The notes beneath the pieces were generated by a model, which saw only the letters and a list, made by a program, of their open reading frames with translations, searched no databases and was not told where the DNA came from. DNA of 46,725 nt from Candidatus Aenigmatarchaeota archaeon. GTDB taxonomy: Archaea; Aenigmatarchaeota; Aenigmatarchaeia; QMZP01; QMZT01. The stretch is from positions 1 to 46,725 of the forward strand of contig WVZE01000036.1 in NCBI GenBank assembly GCA_011772645.1, in the 5' to 3' direction. Position numbers and translations under genes: made by a program. How positions within the stretch are numbered: position 1 is the first letter of the stretch; each line of letters starts with the position of its first letter. Below, piece by piece: positions 25,803 to 33,381 of this stretch.

Positions 25803-26200
25803 CTGTGGTAGAACTTGAAGGATCCTGTGGTGTCCTTTCCCAGACCGGTTATGCGGATGCTTATGTTAAGGGGATTTTCGGCCGGGGGAGAATTTCCCCA
25901 GAATTCGCAATTCAGGGATCTGGAAATGTAGATCACGTAGATCCTCCCTGTTTCCTCTTTCTTTATTACGGAATCCAGCTCTTCCAGGTAGGTCTCGAAG
26001 CTGTCATCGCTTCCGTTGCATTGCATACTCGCTTTTATCGTCCGGTTCACGTCTTCGGTCAGGCTCCTGATCGTGTGGGTGTCGCTCAGCCTCATGGGCT
26101 CGGAGATATCAATAAGCGTGTACTGAAACAAAACCTGCTGGACAACAAATATCAGGCCGACAAGAAAAACCATCGCGACAACAAACATCTGACCCTTCAT
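25799..26200 (-). CDS. Small secreted/membrane protein with class III (type IV pilin-like) signal peptide candidate
   Basis: The N-terminus MKGQMFVVAMVFLVGLIFVV has a short basic leader, then G-Q, then a ~20-aa hydrophobic helix, as in archaeal prepilins. The rest is unrecognised. Confidence 0.4.
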   Translation of the reverse strand: MKGQMFVVAMVFLVGLIFVVQQVLFQYTLIDISEPMRLSDTHTIRSLTEDVNRTIKASMQCNGSDDSFETYLEELDSVIKKEETGRIYVIYISRSLNCEFWGNSPPAENPLNISIRITGLGKDTTGSFKFYHR

Positions 26201-26253
26201 AAAGAATAATTGGAAGGGATGAAATAAATAAAAAAAGGAGGGGGGGAGGGGGG

Positions 26254-27420
26254 TTACTTCAGAATAGGAATCCCCAACTCCTTGCTAACGTCTCTCTCTC
26301 CTTCTTCCTGCGCAGCGACTGGTCCGAGAATGTAGGGAGATTTCACGCCCGTCACGATCGTGATTACCTTCATCTTGCTCCCGTAGTTCTCATCTATCCT
26401 CGCTCCCCATATCACCTGCGCCTCGGGATCGAGCTGTTTCGAGACGTACTCACCGATCTGATTGACCTCGTCCAACCGAAGTTCATTCCCTCCGGTCACG
26501 TGGATTAGCGCGCCGGAACCTCCGTGGTAGTCAACCTCCAGCAACGGGTTGGTCATTGCCTTTATTATGCATTCTTCCGCCCGGTTTTTCGTATCGGATT
26601 CGCCGAAACCCACTGTAGCGACTCCTCCCGAATGCATTATCGTCCTGACGTCCGCGTAATCGAGGTTCACGAGCGAGGGCTGCGAGATCGTTTCCGTCAC
26701 TCCCTTTATCATGTTCGCTATCAGGTCGTCCGCAACAGCGAAGGCCTGCTGTATGGGGAGATTGCCGGCGACGTTCAAAAGCTTGTCGTTCTCTATCACG
26801 ATCACGGTATCGCAGACCTGTCTCAATTGGTAGAGCCCGTCCTCAGCTTTCCCTATTCTAGCGCCTTCCACCTTGAAAGGCATGGTCACGCTCGAGATAA
26901 CGATCGCTCCCATCTCCTTTGCGAGTTTTGCTATCGCAGGGGTTCCGCCTGTTCCTGTTCCTCCTCCGAGGCCTGTCACTATGTATAACATATCGATGCC
27001 TTCCATGAGTTTTTTCAGATCCCTCTCGCTCTCCTCCGCTGCCTTTCGCCCCAGGTTCGGATAGCCTCCTGCTCCCAAACCTCGAGTTAGCTCCCTTCCT
27101 ATCAGGACCTTGTTGTCTGCCCTGGATATGCTCAGATGTTTCGCGTCCGTGTTTATCGCGACCGTCTGAGCTCCCTTTATGCCTATGTCATTCAGCCTGG
27201 TTATGCAGTTGTTTCCTGCTCCTCCGATCCCCATGACCAGGATCTTTGCCGTCATTACGTCCAGGCCGAATTCGTCCTGTATTTTTTGCTCGATGTTTTC
27301 GCTCGGTGTTTCATTCGTTTCTATCGGTTTTTCCTCCACCTTTTCCTCCTTCTCTATCGGTTTTTCTTGTACGTCCTCTTCGAAGACGTTTTCAAACGCT
27401 TTCTGGATCAATGAATCCAT
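26254..27420 (-). CDS. ftsZ: Cell division protein FtsZ (paralogue A, acidic N-terminal extension)
   Basis: GIGGAGNN and the [12 protein letters not shown] tubulin signature are present. Start chosen at MDSLIQ (ATG 27420), preceded by AGAGGAGGGGG on the coding strand; the track start is 27498. Confidence 0.9.
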   Translation of the reverse strand: MDSLIQKAFENVFEEDVQEKPIEKEEKVEEKPIETNETPSENIEQKIQDEFGLDVMTAKILVMGIGGAGNNCITRLNDIGIKGAQTVAINTDAKHLSISRADNKVLIGRELTRGLGAGGYPNLGRKAAEESERDLKKLMEGIDMLYIVTGLGGGTGTGGTPAIAKLAKEMGAIVISSVTMPFKVEGARIGKAEDGLYQLRQVCDTVIVIENDKLLNVAGNLPIQQAFAVADDLIANMIKGVTETISQPSLVNLDYADVRTIMHSGGVATVGFGESDTKNRAEECIIKAMTNPLLEVDYHGGSGALIHVTGGNELRLDEVNQIGEYVSKQLDPEAQVIWGARIDENYGSKMKVITIVTGVKSPYILGPVAAQEEGERDVSKELGIPILK

Positions 27421-27553
27421 TTTACCCCCTCCTCTTTTCGTTCTTTCACCCCAAAATATATTTTGAAGTGGCGAAATCTTTTTATTTATAGATTTCAAAT
27501 ATTTTTAGAAAACTAGTTTATACTAAAAAGTAAACTTGTTCCAAATTCCCCAA

Positions 27554-27577
27554 TTGCAACTTCCCCCAAAGTTGCAA
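27554..27577. promoter_or_regulatory. Perfect 9-bp inverted repeat in the ftsZ / unknown-cluster divergent intergenic region
   Basis: TTGCAACTT ccccca AAGTTGCAA, read directly. It lies in a ~420-bp AT-rich spacer between divergently transcribed genes. Confidence 0.4.
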
Positions 27578-27840
27578 AAAACTTTTTCTACACCGTTTAA
27601 AAATTTAATAATAATATTATTCGGTTTTGATTTATAAAGATTTCTCTACTTAGCCATTCATTTTTACAGTCTTTTCGTTCTTTTCCGGTCGAAATAAGCG
27701 TTTTCCTGCTCTTTCACGAGTGGGATCGCCCGGGAATTCCGGATCACTTTAGGCTCTCAAGATATCGAAATACAGCGAACGAAAGCTTTATATACCCTTA
27801 AAGTAATTACTATATAGAGGTAACGGGTAAGGTGATCAAG

Positions 27841-28104
27841 ATGACAGAAAACTACATAAAGAGCGGGGAAAGTCTGAATGTTGATAGCTTAAGATATAGT
27901 TCTGGAATGAACGAGATTGTGAATTACGGTTATAAAAAGTTATTCGAAGGTATAGGAAAAGGTCTGGACTACGTGTTTGATAAATTGGGCATAAACCAGT
28001 TTGTAGAATACGTAAACCCTGGATATGCTCACGCGGTAGAGAGCAAGCCCGCTGGATGGGAATACAACAGCAGACTGTTAAAGAAAGCTCTGGGGAGGTC
28101 CTGA
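27841..28104 (+). CDS. Hypothetical protein (cluster gene 1)
   Basis: 87 aa from ATG 27841, preceded by AAGGTGA. No recognisable motif. Confidence 0.45.
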   Translation: MTENYIKSGESLNVDSLRYSSGMNEIVNYGYKKLFEGIGKGLDYVFDKLGINQFVEYVNPGYAHAVESKPAGWEYNSRLLKKALGRS

Positions 28105-28105
28105 A

Positions 28106-28684
28106 ATGAATGAGAATCTTATAAGGGAATTGTATGATGCTGATGTTGAGGTAAAGCATTTCGATCCCAGAAAATACAAAATCGACGGGAAGGGGATCTG
28201 GGCAAAAACCAAGCTGGAAGATGACGGGAAACAGACCATCTACCTCCCTGACAGGAAAACGGCCAGGAAAATGCTGCCGGATGAGTTCTGGAATTTCCTA
28301 GAAGGCGGGAAATACGAGGTTAAATACAAGGATAAGGAAGGCAAGATGGTGAAAAAATACATAAAGATCAAGAAAAAGGTGAAGAATGCAGTTGACAAGT
28401 TTTTGAACTACCTCCTGATCCACGAATTGAAGCACGCGGAATACGCCCATCTGGGAAACGATAAACTGGAAGAGGTTTATACAGAACTGGATACGATAAA
28501 CACCCAGGACCCCGGGGAAAGGTCTTTCAGAGAATACATTCACGCCTTTGGCCTAGTATACAACCACTGGCTTTCAAGACAGGTTAAAAAGGCATACCAA
28601 GGCCTTGAGAAGAAGGCAAATGAGTACAAGAACTACATGGAGAGCCTTGGTTTCGATCTTAAAGCCGCGGGGGTAAGAGTTTAA
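28106..28684 (+). CDS. Hypothetical protein with HExxH motif (cluster gene 2), putative zinc metallopeptidase-like
   Basis: 192 aa, starting 1 nt after the gene 1 stop. LLIHELKHAEYAH contains HELKH; the rest is Lys-rich and unrecognised. Confidence 0.5.
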   Translation: MNENLIRELYDADVEVKHFDPRKYKIDGKGIWAKTKLEDDGKQTIYLPDRKTARKMLPDEFWNFLEGGKYEVKYKDKEGKMVKKYIKIKKKVKNAVDKFLNYLLIHELKHAEYAHLGNDKLEEVYTELDTINTQDPGERSFREYIHAFGLVYNHWLSRQVKKAYQGLEKKANEYKNYMESLGFDLKAAGVRV

Positions 28685-28699
28685 GTGAGGTGAAGTGAT

Positions 28700-28957
28700 A
28701 TGGGATACAAATCATTTGTGGAGGAACATTTGAATGCCATCAAGTTGGATTTAAAAGAAGCGTTAAGCGAGGCCTTTTACAGGACTTTGAGGAATAATGA
28801 GTTTACAAACCAGTTTTTTGAGTTAGCTGAGAAAATGAGTTCTAATCGTGAACCTTTACTTACACGAATTTACAGGTCTTTTGAAAAACAAGCTAAGAGA
28901 CTTATGGAAGAAGTTAATTCAAATGGTAAAGAGATTGTAAAGAAGGGGTATGTTTAG
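28700..28957 (+). CDS. Hypothetical helical protein (cluster gene 3)
   Basis: 85 aa, preceded by GAGGTGAAGTGAT. No motif recognised. Confidence 0.45.
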   Translation: MGYKSFVEEHLNAIKLDLKEALSEAFYRTLRNNEFTNQFFELAEKMSSNREPLLTRIYRSFEKQAKRLMEEVNSNGKEIVKKGYV

Positions 28958-28967
28958 GTGAGATGAT

Positions 28968-29744
28968 ATGGGATTTTATCAAGATTGTCTGAAAGCTCTT
29001 GCAGAAGGTCTGGATAAGTACATAAACGCGTTGCAGCAGAAGTACAAACTTACTAATGTTATCACGGATTTCACTTACACTGGTTACAGGGGAGGATTCC
29101 TTAGCGATGTTAACGAAATCTTCTTCAAGAGGGGAGAAGACAAGATAATGGGCGCAAAATACATAAACCTCAGCGATCCTACACATCTGCCCACACAGTT
29201 TTATGAAGATCTTGACATACAGAGTGACAGGGTTGTTAAAGTTCAAAATGGTACAGTAGTGGATTATGATAAAATAAGGTTTGATGAATCCGCTGAGCTT
29301 GGTGGGTCTCTTGACAGGTTTTTCAAAGATTACCAGCCATTGATGCTGGATAGTACATATCTAAAGGGCAGGATGGTTGAAGAGGACATAAACTATGTGG
29401 GTTCAAAAATGCCAAGGGAGGTCCTTCCTCACCAAGCAACTGGATTACCTTCTAATGTGGAAGTTGTAAGGATTCCAATATCGCCTGGTTTGTATCATGG
29501 TTTCCTCAAAAACATAGATCCAAGGGGTTACAACATCCCGCAGATATGGTACAGAACTAAACAGTGGGTTGTGAAAAAGGTTGTGATTGACACCATATTT
29601 TCACCTGCCCTAAAACTTCTGAAAAGGCTGAGAAAGGGGGGTTTAAATATACATATAGACCCCATTTACAATATAGAAGCCGATTTGATGCACTCATTTG
29701 ATTCCATGTTCGGTATAAGAAAAATGGAGCCTGCATACGTCTAA
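28968..29744 (+). CDS. Hypothetical soluble protein (cluster gene 4)
   Basis: 258 aa, preceded by AGGTGAGATGAT. No motif recognised. Confidence 0.5.
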   Translation: MGFYQDCLKALAEGLDKYINALQQKYKLTNVITDFTYTGYRGGFLSDVNEIFFKRGEDKIMGAKYINLSDPTHLPTQFYEDLDIQSDRVVKVQNGTVVDYDKIRFDESAELGGSLDRFFKDYQPLMLDSTYLKGRMVEEDINYVGSKMPREVLPHQATGLPSNVEVVRIPISPGLYHGFLKNIDPRGYNIPQIWYRTKQWVVKKVVIDTIFSPALKLLKRLRKGGLNIHIDPIYNIEADLMHSFDSMFGIRKMEPAYV

Positions 29745-29781
29745 AACACACATTTAAACTTACACCCATAATAGATTAATT

Positions 29782-30420
29782 ATGGCTGTGGATCTATTCG
29801 ACATGCTGGTGCAAATACTCCAGATCAGCCCCACGCTCGTTAATGAGTATGCCACCCAGGGTCCGATCTATCAGCTTTTTTACCTTTTCTTCTTCCCCAT
29901 GGTCTTCATCATTATCCTGGTATGGATGATAATGGAGAGGTTTTCTAGGCACAGGGGTTTGAGCATACTCGTGGGGATCGCTGTCCTCGCGTTCATAATA
30001 CTGAACGGGTGGTATAATTTTTTCGCTTATCTGAGCAGGTTCTGGCTAATTATCGTGATAATCCTCGGAGCCATCTGGGCGTTCTTCTCCTTCAAAGGGA
30101 AGAAGGAGGGTGGTCCGGCTGCCAAAGGCAGAATGGGCGGTCTTGAGAGACAGATCACGGGAAGGCTTTACAGGAAAGCGGTGGGGGTGGAGAAGGAGCT
30201 TGAACGTGAGGTAGAAAGGGCAATAAACGCAGTTGAAAGATCGAGAGGTGGCGTTGAAACCACGGAAGCTATTAGGATAGCGAATGACACCATGCTGAAA
30301 TACAGGGAAGCTGTTGATATTGCGGGAATAGGAAAGTTTTCAACCAAATATCGTAAATTCGAAGAGAGACTTCACAAGGCAATTAAAAAACACAGTATTG
30401 ATATGAAGAAGGTGGGATGA
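29782..30420 (+). CDS. Hypothetical polytopic membrane protein with charged helical C-terminal domain (cluster gene 5)
   Basis: About 4 TM segments, then ~90 aa of Arg/Glu/Lys-rich helix. The N-terminal LFYLFFFPMVFIIIL resembles the motif shared by genes 6 and 7. Confidence 0.55.
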   Translation: MAVDLFDMLVQILQISPTLVNEYATQGPIYQLFYLFFFPMVFIIILVWMIMERFSRHRGLSILVGIAVLAFIILNGWYNFFAYLSRFWLIIVIILGAIWAFFSFKGKKEGGPAAKGRMGGLERQITGRLYRKAVGVEKELEREVERAINAVERSRGGVETTEAIRIANDTMLKYREAVDIAGIGKFSTKYRKFEERLHKAIKKHSIDMKKVG

Positions 30421-30430
30421 GGTTGATTGA

Positions 30431-30898
30431 ATGGATGGTTTGCTTTCGATAGATTTCCTGATCCCTTTCTTTTTCATATTCGCGATCGTTTACGGAGCCC
30501 TCGAGATCTCCGGGGTCTTCAAGAACAAAGCCGTGAAGGCGATCATTGCTTTAGCTCTGGGTTTCTTTGCGGTCTCGAACGCGGATGTTGTCGCCTTTAT
30601 CCACCTGGTCCTCCCGTACGCAGCGATCTTTTTCGTTGTCGTGTTTTTCATAGGATTCATAGCGAAGCCGTTTAAAAGGAAGGCGGGAGAACCGGGAAGG
30701 AGGGATCCGTTCCTGTTACTGGTTGTGCTCGGACTCCTTTTGATAATATTCGCACAACTCGCAACCCCATCGTCCCCCTTCTACCCTGATATAAGTTCCA
30801 CCATCCTCGGGGATGAGACCGTCCTCTGGGGTATAGGGATCGTGATCGTTATATTTATGTTCTACTACGCATACAGCCAGAGCAGGCAACAGCAGTAA
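30431..30898 (+). CDS. Hypothetical polytopic membrane protein (cluster gene 6), paralogue of gene 7
   Basis: About 4 TM segments. N-terminal FLIPFFFIFAIVYGALE aligns with FLFPFLLALAIVYGVLS of the next gene. Confidence 0.55.
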   Translation: MDGLLSIDFLIPFFFIFAIVYGALEISGVFKNKAVKAIIALALGFFAVSNADVVAFIHLVLPYAAIFFVVVFFIGFIAKPFKRKAGEPGRRDPFLLLVVLGLLLIIFAQLATPSSPFYPDISSTILGDETVLWGIGIVIVIFMFYYAYSQSRQQQ

Positions 30899-30962
30899 TT
30901 AACAATAAAAACGTTCTCTGGAAGCGTAAAACCTTATAAATGTGATAGGGCAAATAATTAAT

Positions 30963-31511
30963 ATGGCGGCATTTGATCAGTTGATACAGAACATGATGAA
31001 TCTGGAGTTCTTCCAGTTTCTTTTCCCGTTCTTGCTTGCCTTAGCGATCGTCTACGGAGTGCTCAGTTGGGCACTGAAAGAACAGTTGCCGAAATCAGCG
31101 AGGGGAGTGATCTCCCTTATCATAGCGTTCTTCGTGATGCTGTACTCCAGTTGGAACTACATGGTGGTTTCGTTCTTCGCGAACATCTCTGGCGGATTCC
31201 TGATAGTCGGTTCAGGTATTCTCTTCATAATAATACTCATGGGCCTGGTCGGCCTGAGACCTGAGGACCTGTGGCCAGGGAAGGAGAAGGGCAAATCCAA
31301 ATGGATAGTGGTATTGCTGGTGGTATTCATTGGAGCATTGATATTCTTCGGCGCAGGAGGTTCCTGGTTGGTAGGAATTCCGGGATGGGCGGCAGGATCA
31401 GACTTCTGGACAATAATATTCTTCGTGATAATACTGGCAATAGTGGTATTCTGGATGGGAGCAGAAAAGGAAGATAGGGAAGAAGAAGTAAAAACTCCTG
31501 GAAAGCCCTGA
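30963..31511 (+). CDS. Hypothetical polytopic membrane protein (cluster gene 7), paralogue of gene 6
   Basis: About 5 TM segments with the shared N-terminal motif. ATG 30963 is preferred over the GTG 30942 opening of the track ORF. Confidence 0.55.
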   Translation: MAAFDQLIQNMMNLEFFQFLFPFLLALAIVYGVLSWALKEQLPKSARGVISLIIAFFVMLYSSWNYMVVSFFANISGGFLIVGSGILFIIILMGLVGLRPEDLWPGKEKGKSKWIVVLLVVFIGALIFFGAGGSWLVGIPGWAAGSDFWTIIFFVIILAIVVFWMGAEKEDREEEVKTPGKP

Positions 31512-31561
31512 ACTCCAGTTAGCATCAGAATCCCTTTTTATTTCTATTTCTAATTTTAATT

Positions 31562-31903
31562 ATGGTTAAGAGTAAACAGGCGAAACCTTCGGGCTGGAAG
31601 AGGATAGCGAAGGAAAGGGTTTCGATCCTTTTCAAACAGGCAGGGAAGGAGTTCAGGAAACATCCCGAACGTTCGAAACGTTACGTGGAGCTGTCGAGGA
31701 AGATAGGGATGCGCTACAACGTCAGAATCCCTAAAGATCTCAGGAGGAGGTTCTGTTCGAAATGCTCCTCTTACCTGAGGCCAGGGGTCAACTGCAGGGT
31801 GAGAACCAGCGAGAGCAAACAGGCTGTTACCGTGACATGTTTGGTTTGCGGTTTCGTTTCTCGTCATCCTTATATAAGAGAGAAACAAAATATTAAACAA
31901 TGA
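31562..31903 (+). CDS. rnp4: RNase P protein component 4 (Rpp21/Rpr2 family)
   Basis: Basic N-terminal helices (IAKERVSILFKQA...RYVELSRKIGMRYNVRIP), then the zinc ribbon RRFCSKCSSYL...CLVCG. Confidence 0.8.
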   Translation: MVKSKQAKPSGWKRIAKERVSILFKQAGKEFRKHPERSKRYVELSRKIGMRYNVRIPKDLRRRFCSKCSSYLRPGVNCRVRTSESKQAVTVTCLVCGFVSRHPYIREKQNIKQ

Positions 31904-32175
31904 AGCTTGTGATCTTTCTCGGTTTAATAATAGTCTTCATATCATGTTTTTTCATATTCTTCACCTTCCACACGCTTCTTGGAGTGAAAATGTCCTGCGA
32001 GTACGGGATAGGATCGAACATTTTCAGCTGTAACGTGGAGGAACTGAACTTCTCTGTTGTTTTCGGCATACTGGTCGTTGGCCTGTTCCTCTTTGTGGAT
32101 ACCCTGGTTGTCTATCTGATGATAAAAACATGGGCCCCGGACCTGTTCATGTACAGGCTCTCGAGGTCCAGATAG
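31900..32175 (+). CDS. Small membrane protein (3 TM)
   Basis: 91 aa. ATGA overlap with the rnp4 stop, and hydrophobic helices are present. Confidence 0.4.
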   Translation: MKLVIFLGLIIVFISCFFIFFTFHTLLGVKMSCEYGIGSNIFSCNVEELNFSVVFGILVVGLFLFVDTLVVYLMIKTWAPDLFMYRLSRSR

Positions 32176-32181
32176 AGAAAT

Positions 32182-32817
32182 CTATTCAACGCCCAGCAAT
32201 TTTCTGAAAATCCACGTTGCCGGCAGTGTGCAAATTATGTACCACATGAGCCAGTTCAGATGGTATCCGAAGAAGGGCAGGGGGAAGGGCATTCTTATCA
32301 AGAGGTACATGGAGGTTTTATCCTCTTCCGGGAAGACGTGCCAGTCAATGTTCCCTATGTTTGCTACTTCCCCGCTCGAGTAGGATTCCTCATCAGAGAA
32401 GTCCCCGTTACCGTTAGTATCGATCGCTACGCTTTCGCTTTCGTATTTAAGGGTGTGGTTGAAATCCATGAAGGAGAAGTATCCGATTCCATTCTCGTTC
32501 GTTTCAACAACGACCCCGCTGTATGTCTGGTGGACGAAACCCAGGAGGAAGATCACAACAATCATTGAAACGAACATGGGCTTCATGTTCATCTTGAACT
32601 GTTTCTGGCTCGCCTTCATCATCTCGCTCAGGTATTCCTGCGACTTTTTCGTGTCCTTCCTTTTCTGCGCCTCGTTCGCTTTCTCCCGATAGAACTTCAT
32701 TTCCTCCTTGATCTTCCTGATCTCTCCGGGCTTCGTGAATATCCTGTACATCACCGTTATTATCAGGGAAAGAACCATAGCCCATATGAAAATGTCCTGA
32801 TGTGGTAAGAACATCAA
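32182..32817 (-). CDS. DUF106 / EMC3-TMCO1-like (archaeal YidC/Oxa1-like) membrane protein with inserted loop domain
   Basis: TM1, then a Lys-rich coiled coil (KEEMKFYREKANEAQKRKDTKKSQEYLSEMMKASQKQFKMNMKP), TM2, and a C-terminal PFPLPFFG...LNWLMWYI...IFRKLLG. This is the family layout as I recall it. Confidence 0.5.
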   Translation of the reverse strand: MMFLPHQDIFIWAMVLSLIITVMYRIFTKPGEIRKIKEEMKFYREKANEAQKRKDTKKSQEYLSEMMKASQKQFKMNMKPMFVSMIVVIFLLGFVHQTYSGVVVETNENGIGYFSFMDFNHTLKYESESVAIDTNGNGDFSDEESYSSGEVANIGNIDWHVFPEEDKTSMYLLIRMPFPLPFFGYHLNWLMWYIICTLPATWIFRKLLGVE

Positions 32818-32859
32818 ATCACCCGATTAATTCCTATTTGTAAGCTGTATTTATATATT

Positions 32860-33372
32860 TCAGTGTTTTATCAGATCGCCCAGCTCTTTGACAGCGTCCA
32901 TCATTCTGTCCTCCCTGAACCTTATTATCTTCAGGTTGGACCCGCACATGGAAGAATACGTGGTGGCGTAATACCTGTTGATTCCCTGCTGCTCGTTCAC
33001 TCTTTCATCCTTGCTCTCCATTTCGAGAATAACGATCACATCGGGCTTGAAAGTCTGAAAGAAGGTTTCTGGGGTTGCCAAAAAATAGCCGAACATCGGA
33101 TTGTATATGCTCAGGTAGCCGTTCACTATTATGTTGCCCATCTGCTCCTTGAGATCCTTTATCACCCTCCTCTCCACGCCTTCATAGAAATCAGACATCA
33201 CCTTTCTCGCGGAAAGCATGTCCTTCGCTCCCTCCATTTCCTCGTTTATGTTCCCCGCTTCATCGAAGTCCACGTACTTGAACTTCTCCTTGTATCCCGA
33301 TCTCTGGAGGGCGAGGTTGACTATGGTTTTCCGGTCGATCTCCTTTAACCCCGAAACGAATATCATCTTCAT
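32860..33372 (-). CDS. Archaeal-type adenylate kinase (AdkA)-like protein with degenerate P-loop
   Basis: Length and C-terminal two-thirds resemble archaeal AdkA. The N-terminal IFVSGLKEIDRKT replaces the GxPGxGK(S/T)T Walker A. Confidence 0.45.
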   Translation of the reverse strand: MKMIFVSGLKEIDRKTIVNLALQRSGYKEKFKYVDFDEAGNINEEMEGAKDMLSARKVMSDFYEGVERRVIKDLKEQMGNIIVNGYLSIYNPMFGYFLATPETFFQTFKPDVIVILEMESKDERVNEQQGINRYYATTYSSMCGSNLKIIRFREDRMMDAVKELGDLIKH

Positions 33373-33381
33373 ACTAATTAT

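Noticed and set aside
26237-26253. G-quadruplex reading of the G7-A-G6 tract
   Set aside because: There are only two long G runs with essentially no loop nucleotides between potential tracts. A terminator or slippage interpretation is more defensible.
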